Source: Gammaproteobacteria bacterium
Lineage (GTDB): Bacteria; Pseudomonadota; Gammaproteobacteria; CBDBNL01; JAAOII01
Direction of reading: 5' to 3'
DNA: 64,000 nt
Assembly (NCBI GenBank): GCA_965209035.1
Contig: OZ242372.1
Coordinates: 1,376,001-1,440,000 of the forward strand
Part shown: in pieces, positions 41,184-51,782 of the stretch
Layout: every line of letters begins with the position of its first letter
How positions within the stretch are numbered: the stretch's first letter is position 1
Notes under the pieces: model-generated
Databases searched by the model: none
Told to the model about the DNA's origin: nothing
What the model saw: only the letters and a program-made list of their open reading frames with translations
Position numbers and translations under genes: made by a program

Positions 41184-43820
41184 TTAGGGTGTTGTTCTGC
41201 CTTGGGATTCCGGGCCGCCGGGTGTGCAGTTCAGGACGGGGTATTCTGTGTCGCTGCCAAGATTCCAGACATACTCGGTAAAACGGCTATTCGCCGGTAT
41301 AGATCCATCGGCAGATTCCATTACATCGCCCGTGTCCGGATCACACACGAAATTACCCCAGGCCGCATAGATATTATCCGTGCCGGTAAAAGTGACGGGC
41401 GTTTGCAGTTCGCTTGTGGTTTTACCTTCGCCGCCGCTGCCCGCACTGTCAGACTGGCCTGTGGTGTCTGTGTCCCAATAAGAAGCACTTATATCACCGA
41501 ACTGGCCGTGGAATATCAATCCTATTAATCCGCCGATGCCGTTATCACCGGATAGGCTGTCAACAGCCGCATAAGAATACTCAATATTTGTGCCCGTGCC
41601 GGTTCCCGTTAGTCCGCCGATGGATCTGTTCGTGCCGGTAACACTGCCACCGGTCGTGTAAGAATGGCTAATCGTTGCGGTGCTGCCGCCTCCGATTAAT
41701 CCGCCGATTACGGAATCTCCGGTTACATTGCTATTGGTTACATAGGAATAACGAATGCCGGTTTCTGCGCCTTGTCCGACCAGACCGCCTACGGTGTGGG
41801 AAGATCCTTCTATGCTACTGGCGGCCACATAAGAATAACTAATTTTAGCATCCTGCCCGAAACCGACCAGACCGCCTAATGAGTCTTCGGTTCCTTCTAT
41901 GTTGCTATTGGCTACATAAGAACCACTAATCTTAACACCAGGTCCGTGTCCGACCAGCCCGCCCAAAACTCTGGTGCCGCTTACATTACTGTCTTTGACG
42001 ATGACTCCGATGATGGTCGCACTGGTGCCGGCAGCTCTGGTATCTCCGGTATCTCCGACGAGATCTCCCACACTGCGGCCTCCCGAGATCACTCCCGAAA
42101 CCAAAATATTTTCAAAACGGGCATTGGGGGCATAACCCGCTAACAAGCCCGCATCGTTGCTATTTTTGTCACTGATAGCGACATTCGCATCCTCCAGGCG
42201 CAAATTACGCGCTGTTCCGATGAGTGCGGCGAACAACCCAATTCCATTGACTCTTTCATTCCTCATGATATGCAGCCCGACAATACTATGGTTGTTGCCG
42301 TCCAGGATACCGGCATAGGATAACGGACATGTGCTATCGCCCGTACAAGAGCCGATCAGTTCCCAGCCATTGCCACTCGTCCAGACAGACATCTTGTCGC
42401 TGTCTGTGGCATAGGAATCCGCATCATTAAAATCGAGCGAGCGAGTCAATTCATAGCCGATACAGCCGCCGTCGTCATCGTTATCCGGGTCGTCCGGGCA
42501 ACCCATGGATCCCACGGATGTTATCTCGGCAATTCTGCTCTCATCCTCGCCATCGCCGTTCAGATCATCGCGCAGCCGTGCCAGATCGTCCAGAGTACGA
42601 ATCTCTATCAAGCCGTTATTGTCATCGTCCGCATCACAGGCATCGCCGACTTCGTCATCATCGTTATCATCTTGCCCCGCATTGGCAACCGCCCGACAAT
42701 TATCTATCCCGTTCGGCAGACTATCCCCATCATCATCAGCAGTCGGATCTATTTCGGTGGTGCCTTGAACCGGAGCAGCAACCACGGATGTGCCATCCTC
42801 ATAAAGCACCGTAATCGTAATCTCGTAGATGGTGTCATATTCCAGGTCCGCAATGGTATGCATCCTGTCGTCCGCATCAAGTACCATGACTCCGTTATCG
42901 CTTGCGTCTTCAATGGCGGTCCAATTGATACTGAGCCCGGTGATGTCATCCTGATCCGGATTGGTCCAACGCACGATAATTGTATTTCTGCTAGCGGTGG
43001 TTTGGATACCGAAAACAGACCGGTCTGCTTTTAAAGATGTCGTGCAACCTGCAATCAGACGATCCGGCATGCCATCTTCATCCGTGTCGGCACTCGCACA
43101 AGCATCCAGATGAAACGCATCTTCGCTATTCCCAACACCGTCATCATCAATGTCCGAGTCCGTACTGTCCGTTCCCGTCGTCCTTCGCACAGGTTCCGAA
43201 TCCACAGAATCGCCGTTCTCATAGATCACCGTAATCCTGATCTCGTAGTCTACGCCATTGGTTAGACCCTTAATGTTGTAGATCACCCGTTCGCCGGGCA
43301 GCAGCAAGCTACCGACGGGTGTACGCAGATCCGCATTGGTGGAATTAACTGAAATCATTTTAGGATCAGTCCGATTTACGGTATTGTTCGCAGCATTGAT
43401 CGAAGTAATGCTGAAACCGATGATATTCTCCCGGTTCGGATTGGTCCAACCCACCAGAATACTATTCTCACCGACTATGGTTTGGATCTTGGAAACAGCG
43501 CGGGGATCACCGCCGCCGGAACCGCCGCCGGAACCGCCACCACCACAGCCGGCAAGGACCAAAGCAAGCATGCCGGTCAGCAGAACGGCATAAAAACGAG
43601 CCGGCCAATGAGTCTGCCGAAAAGCGGCAAAGACTGTCGTTAGCGGCGATAATGTGGTAACCCACCCGGCAAACAACCGTAGCGACCGCCAAGCATTGAT
43701 TGGGCAAAAGATTAGAGGCATTGCATTGAAGTTATTAAAGGAGACACGCGAATTTCGGGCGTCTTTGCCGGCAGTGTATTTCTTGCACCGACCGAACAGG
43801 AAAAGGTATATCTTGTTCAT
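41184..43820 (-). CDS. Fn3/TSP3/GLUG-like lipoprotein, paralog 2
   Basis: Same architecture as paralog 1. Confidence 0.8.
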   Translation of the reverse strand: MNKIYLFLFGRCKKYTAGKDARNSRVSFNNFNAMPLIFCPINAWRSLRLFAGWVTTLSPLTTVFAAFRQTHWPARFYAVLLTGMLALVLAGCGGGGSGGGSGGGDPRAVSKIQTIVGENSILVGWTNPNRENIIGFSITSINAANNTVNRTDPKMISVNSTNADLRTPVGSLLLPGERVIYNIKGLTNGVDYEIRITVIYENGDSVDSEPVRRTTGTDSTDSDIDDDGVGNSEDAFHLDACASADTDEDGMPDRLIAGCTTSLKADRSVFGIQTTASRNTIIVRWTNPDQDDITGLSINWTAIEDASDNGVMVLDADDRMHTIADLEYDTIYEITITVLYEDGTSVVAAPVQGTTEIDPTADDDGDSLPNGIDNCRAVANAGQDDNDDDEVGDACDADDDNNGLIEIRTLDDLARLRDDLNGDGEDESRIAEITSVGSMGCPDDPDNDDDGGCIGYELTRSLDFNDADSYATDSDKMSVWTSGNGWELIGSCTGDSTCPLSYAGILDGNNHSIVGLHIMRNERVNGIGLFAALIGTARNLRLEDANVAISDKNSNDAGLLAGYAPNARFENILVSGVISGGRSVGDLVGDTGDTRAAGTSATIIGVIVKDSNVSGTRVLGGLVGHGPGVKISGSYVANSNIEGTEDSLGGLVGFGQDAKISYSYVAASSIEGSSHTVGGLVGQGAETGIRYSYVTNSNVTGDSVIGGLIGGGSTATISHSYTTGGSVTGTNRSIGGLTGTGTGTNIEYSYAAVDSLSGDNGIGGLIGLIFHGQFGDISASYWDTDTTGQSDSAGSGGEGKTTSELQTPVTFTGTDNIYAAWGNFVCDPDTGDVMESADGSIPANSRFTEYVWNLGSDTEYPVLNCTPGGPESQGRTTP

Positions 43821-43845
43821 GATTGTTTTTTATATTAATTATCTA

Positions 43846-44581
43846 GGGGCTAGACTAACTGAGAGGTAGAATATGAGCATAAATGCCAGTAAATACAAGG
43901 AAAAATCGGTATGTTTTTCGTTCCAGAATCTCGGAGCGGAAATTTCGGCAGTTGGTCAAGCTATTTGCACTGGATCTGGAGGCCAATAAGATAGCTATAC
44001 TGACTGGATTGAATCGTAATACGGTGAACAAATATTTGATGATGTTTCGGCAACGGTTAGCGGGGGCGTGTCGCTGTCAAAAAAAGTCTTGTGGAGAATT
44101 TGAAGTGGATGAGAGTTATTTTGGACCAAGGCGTATTCCCGGTCCTCGTGGTCGCGGTGCCGGCAACAAGACCATTGTCGTTGGTGTGCTCAAACGCGGT
44201 GGCAAAGTGTCTACGGAGATTGTGCCGGACTGCTCAAAAAGCCAGTTATTACGCGTGATTCGTGGTCGTATCGGTGAGGATAGTATCATCCACACGGATA
44301 GCTGGCCAGGTTATAATGGATTGATTGATATGGGTTATAAGAAACATTATCGGGTGCGTCATGGAGACCATGAGTTTGCTGTGGGAACGAATCACATCAA
44401 TGGGATAGAAAGTTTTTGGAGTTATACCAAGACGCGTCTGGCACGTTTGCATGGCTTACGCGCCGAATATTTTTTGTTGCACTTGAAAGAATGTGAGTTC
44501 CGTTTCAATCACCGGAACAAAAACTTCTATCAAGTCATGCTAAAATTGTTAAGAAAAAGACCTCTCAGTTAGTCTAGCCCC
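43846..44581 (+). mobile_element. Intact IS1595-family (IS1016 group) insertion sequence, 736 bp
   Basis: Perfect 22-bp TIR GGGGCTAGACTAACTGAGAGGT; 7-bp target duplication TTATCTA on both sides. Confidence 0.93.
43883..44572 (+). CDS. IS1595/IS1016-type DDE transposase
   Basis: EVDESYFG, HTDSW, HINGIESFWS and LKECEFRFN. Confidence 0.95.
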   Translation: MPVNTRKNRYVFRSRISERKFRQLVKLFALDLEANKIAILTGLNRNTVNKYLMMFRQRLAGACRCQKKSCGEFEVDESYFGPRRIPGPRGRGAGNKTIVVGVLKRGGKVSTEIVPDCSKSQLLRVIRGRIGEDSIIHTDSWPGYNGLIDMGYKKHYRVRHGDHEFAVGTNHINGIESFWSYTKTRLARLHGLRAEYFLLHLKECEFRFNHRNKNFYQVMLKLLRKRPLS

Positions 44582-44745
44582 TTATCTATTATCATTTAAG
44601 GCATCATTCAATGTCTGTTATTATTATAACCTCAATTTTGAAAATGTTTCCAAAATGATGCACAAAATGACCCGGCTATTTTTAGCCCGCCCGCCTAGAT
44701 CCCAAAATACAACATTAAAAAATTACCGATTTTTTTGTAAAAACT

Positions 44746-44768
44746 GAACCGGCAAGAGCTGCCGGTTC
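44746..44768 (-). terminator. Putative intrinsic terminator of paralog 3
   Basis: GAACCGGCA/TGCCGGTTC stem followed on the minus strand by AGTTTTT. Confidence 0.5.
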
Positions 44769-44793
44769 TAACGGAAATCCCGCGTGATTGCCT

Positions 44794-47289
44794 TTATTGT
44801 CGCTGCTGGGCCGGGGTGAGGGGCATGCAGTTCAGGGCGGGATATTGGTCTGCCTCGCCGAGATCCCACAGGCGAATGTAGGGGACACCGGGGTCGGCGG
44901 CATCTGTGTTTTCCAGGATCTCGCCGCTTGCAGGATCACACCAAAAGTTGCCCCAGTCGGCATAGATGCCCGTGAAGGTGGTCGGGGTTTGCAGTGCGGC
45001 GGTGGTCCGGCCATCGCCGAAATCGCCGGCACTGGCCGCCTGCCCGGTGGTTTGATTGTCCCAATAGGAGGCGTTGATTGTTGCTGTGGACCGGAATAGA
45101 ATAAAGCCAATCAAGCCACCAGTGAAGTTATTACTGCCCGGGACAACAGTGCTATTGACCGACACAGTGCCATTGGCCGAGACAGTGATACTGGTCGAGA
45201 CAACGCCACTGGCCGAGACATTGCCACCGGCCGCATAAGCATAATAGATCTCAGGGTTCCTCCCCAAGCCGATCAGACCGCCGATTCTATTCTCACCGGA
45301 AACAGTTCCGCCGACCACATAGGAATGTCGAATCTCAGCACGAATCTCCTGTCCGCCGATCAGACCGCCCACATTAATGTCTTTACCGGCAACAGCGGTG
45401 TTGGAGACGGACACAGCCTGAATCTTAATATTCGGACTCCAGCCGACCAGACCACCGACATTACGATTGCCGGAAACAGCAACATCGGACACGGACACAG
45501 CGCGAATATTGGCATTTTCTCCCCGTCCGACCAAACCGCCGACATTACCATTGCCGAAAACAGCCAGATCGGAAACGGTGATAGCACGCATCATAGCATG
45601 CGTTCCATCGCCGAGCAGACCACCCACACTGAAACTCTTTGGACTCATCACTTGCCCGCCGGTAACCGACAGGTTTTTAAATGTGGCATTCTTGCCGTAG
45701 CCCGCCAGCAGGCCCACACCATTGGCACCGCCGTTAATAGTCGCATTCGCCAGATGCAGATTTTGGATCTGACCGGTTAACGCGGCAAACAACCCCACAC
45801 CATTGACGCTATTATTTGCCGAGATGAACAGATCGGCAAGAGTATAGCCCTTGCCATCAAACATAGCCGTCCAAGAGGTGCAATTATTATTATTAAAGCA
45901 GAAACCGATCGGCACCCAGCCGCGGCCATCGCGATTCGTCCAGTCGGCCATATTATCGCTGCCCTCGGCATAGGAAGCCGCATCGCTAAAATTGAGCGAG
46001 CGAGTCAATTCATAACCCACACAACCGGCAGCCGGGCAGCCGGCGGATCCAATGGCATCCGTCTCGGCAAACCTGCCATCATCTTCGCCATCGCCGTTCA
46101 GATCGTCGCGCAGCCGCGCCAGGTCATCCAGAGTACGAATCTCTATCAAGCCGTTATTATTATCGTCCGCATCACAGGCATCGCCGAATCCATCATCATC
46201 GTTATCATCTTGCCCCGCATTGGCAACCGCCCGACAATTATCTATCCCGTTCGGCAGACTATCCCCATCATCATCAGCATTCGGATCTATTGCGGTGCTG
46301 CCTTGAACCGGAGCCGAAACCACGGATGTGCCATCCGTATAAAACACCGTAATCGTGATCTCGTAGATGGTGTCATAATCCAGAGCCACAATGGTATGCA
46401 TCCTGTTGGCAAAAGACCTAATCATGTCGCCCGAATTAAATACGATTTCCCCGCTATCGCTTGCGTCTTCAATGGCGGTCCAATTGATACTGAGCCCGGT
46501 GATGTCATCTTGATCCGGATTGGTCCAACGCACGATAATTGTATTCCCGCTGGCGGTGGTTTGGATACCGAAAACAGACCGGTCTGCTTTTAAAGATGTC
46601 GTGCAACCTGCAATCAGACGATCCGGCATGCCATCTTCATCCGTGTCAGCACTCGCACAGGGATCCAGACGAAACGCATCTTCGCTATTCCCAACACCGT
46701 CATCATCAATGTCCGAGTCCGTACTGTCCGTTCCCGTCGTCCTTCGCACAGGTTCCGAACCCACAGAATCGCCATTCTCATAGATCACCACAATCTCGAT
46801 CTCATAGCCGACGCCATTGGTTAGACCCTTAATGTTGTAGATCACCCGTGCCTTGGGCAGCAGCAAACTACCGCCGGGTGTACGCAGATTCGCATCGGTG
46901 GAATTGAGTGAAATGGTTGTGATACCGCTCCCATTTGTGATTGCGGTATTCATCCAAGTGATATTCAACCCGATAATGTTCTCCTGATCCGGGTTAGTCC
47001 AACCCACCAGAATACTATTCTCACCGACTATGGTTTGGATCTTGGAAACAGCCCGGGGATCACCGCCGCCACCGCCGCCGGAACCGCCACCACCACAACC
47101 GGCAATGACCAAAGCAAGCATGCCGGTTAGCAGAACGGCATAAAAACGAGCCGGCCAATGAGTCTGCCGAAAAGAGGCAAAGACTGTCGTTAGCGGCGAT
47201 AATGTAGTAACCCACCCGGCAAACAACCGTAGCGACCGCCAAGCATTGATTGGGCAAAAGATTAGGGAATTATATGCTTTGTGACCCAT
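44794..47289 (-). CDS. Fn3/TSP3/GLUG-like lipoprotein, paralog 3 (5' end replaced by an IS remnant)
   Basis: IAGC lipobox; similarity to paralog 2 stops abruptly at 47264. Confidence 0.78.
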   Translation of the reverse strand: MGHKAYNSLIFCPINAWRSLRLFAGWVTTLSPLTTVFASFRQTHWPARFYAVLLTGMLALVIAGCGGGGSGGGGGGDPRAVSKIQTIVGENSILVGWTNPDQENIIGLNITWMNTAITNGSGITTISLNSTDANLRTPGGSLLLPKARVIYNIKGLTNGVGYEIEIVVIYENGDSVGSEPVRRTTGTDSTDSDIDDDGVGNSEDAFRLDPCASADTDEDGMPDRLIAGCTTSLKADRSVFGIQTTASGNTIIVRWTNPDQDDITGLSINWTAIEDASDSGEIVFNSGDMIRSFANRMHTIVALDYDTIYEITITVFYTDGTSVVSAPVQGSTAIDPNADDDGDSLPNGIDNCRAVANAGQDDNDDDGFGDACDADDNNNGLIEIRTLDDLARLRDDLNGDGEDDGRFAETDAIGSAGCPAAGCVGYELTRSLNFSDAASYAEGSDNMADWTNRDGRGWVPIGFCFNNNNCTSWTAMFDGKGYTLADLFISANNSVNGVGLFAALTGQIQNLHLANATINGGANGVGLLAGYGKNATFKNLSVTGGQVMSPKSFSVGGLLGDGTHAMMRAITVSDLAVFGNGNVGGLVGRGENANIRAVSVSDVAVSGNRNVGGLVGWSPNIKIQAVSVSNTAVAGKDINVGGLIGGQEIRAEIRHSYVVGGTVSGENRIGGLIGLGRNPEIYYAYAAGGNVSASGVVSTSITVSANGTVSVNSTVVPGSNNFTGGLIGFILFRSTATINASYWDNQTTGQAASAGDFGDGRTTAALQTPTTFTGIYADWGNFWCDPASGEILENTDAADPGVPYIRLWDLGEADQYPALNCMPLTPAQQRQ

Positions 47290-47489
47290 AAAAAATAAGT
47301 ATTATTATTATCTCATTAAATGAGAGTTGAGGAGTAAAATATGAGCATAAATACAAGAAAAAAGAGGGTTATTTTCTGTTCACGACCTTCAGAATGGAAG
47401 TTTTGGCAGATCCCCAGGCTGTTTGCAATGCATCTTGAGGTAAATGGCAAATTTTTTGAAGCCCATAGGTTGTCAAGTGTATAATTCCC
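47265..47489 (+). mobile_element. Degenerate IS1595-family remnant/MITE, 225 bp
   Basis: Ends GGGAATTATA/TATAATTCCC. Internal mini-ORF 47341-47484 (MSINTRKKRVIFCSRPSEWKFWQIPRLFAMHLE) aligns with the N-terminus of the transposase at 43883. No TSD seen. Confidence 0.65.
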
Positions 47490-47796
47490 CAATTTTAGAC
47501 CAAAAAGTGTAAATTTCACACAATTAAAGGATATAACAACCTTAAAACCAATTATAATAGTATTCCGTAGACGCTTTGGTAGAGAGCATAAACGGGAGCC
47601 GGAACATATTTTGTATGACCTTTTTTTTAGTTTTGTTGTTGATTATCGGCTCAGAGTTATTCGGTTCAAACCGCCGGGCGATGATGAAACGATGAAGGAA
47701 TGTTGTTGATATTGTTTGGTATTTATTAAGGCGCCTCATATTTTTAAGTAGATTATTTGTATTGACATACAAGACATAAGCAAGATAAAAAGAAAA

Positions 47797-49209
47797 ATGA
47801 CAGAAAATGCAATTAAACTGATCAGAGATCACAAAGCAAAATGGGTAGCCCTGCGTTTTGCGGATTTGCGCGGCAAAGAGCATCATATTGCGGTGCCGGC
47901 AAGCAAAGTGGACGCGGAATTTTTCAAAACCGGCAAGGCTTTTGACGGCTCTTCCATCGTCGGCTGGAAAACTATAGACGATTCGGATATGCTACTCATC
48001 CCGGAGCCGGATTCGGCGGTACCGGATCCGTTTCGCGAACAACCCTCGGTGATTCTGCACTGCGATGTGGTGGAACCCGGCACCGGCGAACCCTACTCTC
48101 GGGACCCGCGCGGCCTGTGTAAGCGGGCCGAGGCCTATTTGCGCTCCACGGGTATAGGGGATCTGGCAATATTTAGCCCGGAACCCGAGTTTTTTGTGTT
48201 TGACGATGTTCGCTGGAAGGTGGATATTAATGGCGCTTTTTACGAAGTGGACAGTGAGGAAGGCGCTTGGAACAGTGACGCCGATTACGAACAGGGTAAT
48301 ATGGGACACAGACCCGGCGTGAAGGGCGGGTATTTCCCGGTGCCGCCGGTGGATTCGGCAATGGATATGCGCGTTGCCATGGCACAGGCGATGGAAGATA
48401 TGGGGCTGGATGTGGAGGCGCATCATCACGAAGTTGGCACCGCCAACCAGAATGAAATCGGCACTTCCGCCAATAGTATGTGCAAGAAGGCGGATGAGGT
48501 CTTGATATTTAAGTATTGCGTCCATAATGTTGCCCATACCTACGGCAAAACGGCAACCTTCATGCCGAAGCCGATTGTGGGCGACAACGGCAGCGGTATG
48601 CATTGTCACCAGTCTATTATGAAGAAGGGCAAGAATGTGTTTTCCGGCAACAAGTATGCGCATCTTTCCGATATCGCGCTTTACTATGTCGGCGGCCTTT
48701 TGAAGCATGCCCGGGCTTTGAATGCCTTCACCAACGCCTCAACCAATTCTTACAAGCGACTGGTGCCCGGTTTTGAAGCCCCCACTATTTTGGTTTACTC
48801 CGCCAAGAACAGGTCGGCCGCCATCCGCATTCCGTTTTCCGATATTTCCAAGGTAAAGGAAAGACGCATTGAGACGCGTTTTCCGGATGCTTGCGGCAGT
48901 CCTTATCTGATGTTTGCCGCCCAGTTAATGGCGGGGTTGGACGGTATTAAGAATAAGATTGAGCCGGGTAACCCGGTTGACAAGGATCTGTATGAGATAT
49001 CCGCGGAAGAAGACAAGAAGTATAACCATGTCTGCGCCAGTTTGGGTGAGGCGATTGATGCCTTGAACAAGGATCGCGCTTTTCTGAAAGAAGGCGGTGT
49101 CTTTTCGGACGAGATTATAGATGCTTATATCTCTCTTAAGCAGGAGGAATTAATGCGTTTTCGGGCGACCACACATCCGGTGGAGTTGGATATGTATTAC
49201 AGTTTGTAA
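47797..49209 (+). CDS. glnA: Glutamine synthetase type I
   Basis: [34 protein letters not shown] and the adenylylation-site DLYE. Confidence 0.97.
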   Translation: MTENAIKLIRDHKAKWVALRFADLRGKEHHIAVPASKVDAEFFKTGKAFDGSSIVGWKTIDDSDMLLIPEPDSAVPDPFREQPSVILHCDVVEPGTGEPYSRDPRGLCKRAEAYLRSTGIGDLAIFSPEPEFFVFDDVRWKVDINGAFYEVDSEEGAWNSDADYEQGNMGHRPGVKGGYFPVPPVDSAMDMRVAMAQAMEDMGLDVEAHHHEVGTANQNEIGTSANSMCKKADEVLIFKYCVHNVAHTYGKTATFMPKPIVGDNGSGMHCHQSIMKKGKNVFSGNKYAHLSDIALYYVGGLLKHARALNAFTNASTNSYKRLVPGFEAPTILVYSAKNRSAAIRIPFSDISKVKERRIETRFPDACGSPYLMFAAQLMAGLDGIKNKIEPGNPVDKDLYEISAEEDKKYNHVCASLGEAIDALNKDRAFLKEGGVFSDEIIDAYISLKQEELMRFRATTHPVELDMYYSL

Positions 49210-49283
49210 TCTGTTGTCGCCGTCTTTTACCCGTATCGCCGTTTTTCCCGGTCAATTCGTTGTATCATATGCGGACAGATTGA

Positions 49284-49356
<73 letters not shown>

Positions 49357-49408
49357 TTTTAATTTGTTTATAATTATTAAAGAAAACATTAAAAAACTAA
49401 AACTAAAA

Positions 49409-50173
49409 ATGAAAAAAGTAATTGTTCTTATTTGGGGTTTTTTGGCATTTTTGGCCTTTTTGGCCTTAGTTTCTTGCACAAGATCCTGGGTGCCAGGGGC
49501 CGATAATGACAAAACCCTGACAAATCAAAGTGCCGGTGGCGCGCTTTTGTTTACCGGTATCACCGAAGAAGCCGATCTCGCGGACGAGCAAGAGAGGTTG
49601 AGTTATGCTCTCGGTGCCTATTTTGGCACGCAACTGGCATTGTTTGATGAATTGGATTTTTCCATTTTTCTTGCCGGGCTGAAACATTCCTATAATGATC
49701 AGGGTGAAGCTATCTTGGATGAGCAGCAAATCAGCCAGATCATCATTACCGGACAACAACGGGCGATTTCCCAAGCCGGTGAGAATGCTCTGAAAGAGGG
49801 GGGGGACTTTTTGGAAACAAACGCCCGCCGAGACGGTGTGACCTCGTTGGACAACGGTATCCAATACCGAATTCTGACCGAAAGCACCGGAGCCAAACCG
49901 AAACCTACCGATACGATTGAAGTCCATTATGAGGGCACTCTGGTGAGCGGGGAGGTCTTTGACAGCTCCTATCAACGCAACGAAACAGCGGTGTTCCCGC
50001 TGCAGGGAGTGATCCAAGGTTGGCAAGAGATCTTGCCGTTGATGCCGGTTGGCTCTGTTTGGGAAGTGATCATTCCGCCGGCACTTGCCTATGGCGAGCA
50101 AGGATCCGGTCGTATCGGGCCGAATGCCGTATTGATATTCAAAATAGAACTGGTCGCTATTGTCACAGAATAG
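49409..50173 (+). CDS. FKBP-type peptidyl-prolyl isomerase (FklB/Mip-like)
   Basis: SYALG, VHYEGTL, FDSSY, VIQGWQE and LAYG. Confidence 0.92.
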   Translation: MKKVIVLIWGFLAFLAFLALVSCTRSWVPGADNDKTLTNQSAGGALLFTGITEEADLADEQERLSYALGAYFGTQLALFDELDFSIFLAGLKHSYNDQGEAILDEQQISQIIITGQQRAISQAGENALKEGGDFLETNARRDGVTSLDNGIQYRILTESTGAKPKPTDTIEVHYEGTLVSGEVFDSSYQRNETAVFPLQGVIQGWQEILPLMPVGSVWEVIIPPALAYGEQGSGRIGPNAVLIFKIELVAIVTE

Positions 50174-50190
50174 GCACAAACGGATCGCCA

Positions 50191-51099
50191 ATGGGGGAAA
50201 CGAGTTTTCGCACCGAGATACCGGCTTATCGGAACAGAGAACGGGAAGGATTCGTTTTTTCTTCGTTCGTATCCGTTCTGATGCATCTGGTGATCATTTT
50301 GGGTGTTTCTTTTTTCTCTCCCCAAACGGTGCGGAGCATTACCGTGGATCTGGTGCCGGTGCATGATCCTTCCAAAGAAACGCCGCATGCAAGCGAGTAT
50401 GAATCCTATGCCGATCAGCGCGGCAGCGGCGTGCAAACAGAGAACCGGCCGGCAAGGGTTCCGCTGATGCCTTTGGTGGTGCGGCACGAACTTCTTCCGC
50501 AGAGTCGCCTGGTATCCGGTCGTCCGGATTCGGCAAGAGACCCCGGCAACTCGCCGGGGGTGCGTGCGGACGAACTTCGCTCCGTAGCCGGTCCGCCAAC
50601 TTACGATACGGGCGCTCGCGGCGCCGAGGCACAGAGTCAATCAGTGAACACGGCACGCGACAGTCTGGAAGCGGAAATCATTGGTTTGGAAAGTTACCTG
50701 GGTACTCTGGAGGAACAGTATGCGCGGCGGCCGCGTATCAAGCGATATACTTCCATTGCCGCTCGCGGTTCGCCGGCGGCAGCCTACATTCATAATTGGG
50801 TCAAGCGCGTGGAGCGAGTGGGTAACTTGAATTATCCGCGTCAGGCTGTGCAACAAAAACTAAACGGTGACTTACGGTTGCTGGTGGTATTAAATGCACT
50901 GGGCGAAACCGCGGCGGTGCGTATTTTGGAGACTTCCGGGCATCCGGAATTGGATGATGCGGCACTGCGCATTGTTCGGCTTGCCGAGCCGTTTGGCGAG
51001 TTTCCGACGGAGTTGCGGGATGAGGCGGATGTGATCGAGATCATTCGTACCTGGCGTTTCGTTTCGGAATACGAGGGAGGGCGTTTGGAATTTGAATGA
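50191..51099 (+). CDS. TonB-family energy transducer
   Basis: N-terminal TM with S..H; GNLNYP, SG...LDDAA and IIRTWRF. Confidence 0.8.
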   Translation: MGETSFRTEIPAYRNREREGFVFSSFVSVLMHLVIILGVSFFSPQTVRSITVDLVPVHDPSKETPHASEYESYADQRGSGVQTENRPARVPLMPLVVRHELLPQSRLVSGRPDSARDPGNSPGVRADELRSVAGPPTYDTGARGAEAQSQSVNTARDSLEAEIIGLESYLGTLEEQYARRPRIKRYTSIAARGSPAAAYIHNWVKRVERVGNLNYPRQAVQQKLNGDLRLLVVLNALGETAAVRILETSGHPELDDAALRIVRLAEPFGEFPTELRDEADVIEIIRTWRFVSEYEGGRLEFE

Positions 51100-51159
51100 G
51101 AGTTCTTCCGCGGCCGCGCAGCGCGTGCCGCAGCATCCAATAAGGATATCTCCTCATCT

Positions 51160-51738
51160 ATGATGATGCCCGATAACCCGTCCGGTTATGACGGGTTGGC
51201 CGCAATGACCGGCCGCTTTGGGCTGACACCGACCGAATTGGATGCGTTGAGTTGGGGGCGTGTGGTTGGCGGGCCGTCGTTTGAAGACGAAAGGCAACTC
51301 TTGGAGCATTTTGTAACTCGGGATCTGCCGGACGATGAACTTTGCCAGTTGTTTGACGAACGACTGGAGGCGAACCGAGCGGGTTTGCAGCTGGACGAGG
51401 TGCGTTTTCTTCTACCCGATGACGATGCTCCTATGGAAAAACGACTGGACGCAATTTCGGTTTGGTGTCAGACTTTCTTGGCATCGTTGGGGTTTAGTAA
51501 GTATCTGAAAGACGAAGATACGGCGTTCAAGATATCCGCGTTGCTTGCCGACTGTCGGTCGATCGGCGCTTTGGACCCTCAAAGTTATCGCGATTACGGC
51601 ACTTTGGAAGAGGCGGAAACGGGCTGGGCGGAGATTCATGAATTCTTGCGAGTGAACATCATGCTGCTGTATGCCGAATTGGCGGCACAGGATCAAGCCG
51701 ATGACGGCGGCGATGACAATGAATTGCCCGCGGAATGA
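51160..51738 (+). CDS. UPF0149 (YgfB/YecA) family protein
   Basis: LLPDDD, R.DAISVWCQTFL..LG and EIHEFLRV. Confidence 0.75.
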   Translation: MMMPDNPSGYDGLAAMTGRFGLTPTELDALSWGRVVGGPSFEDERQLLEHFVTRDLPDDELCQLFDERLEANRAGLQLDEVRFLLPDDDAPMEKRLDAISVWCQTFLASLGFSKYLKDEDTAFKISALLADCRSIGALDPQSYRDYGTLEEAETGWAEIHEFLRVNIMLLYAELAAQDQADDGGDDNELPAE

Positions 51739-51782
51739 CTAAGCAATTATTATTAAAAATCTATTAATAAAAAACAAGAAAG

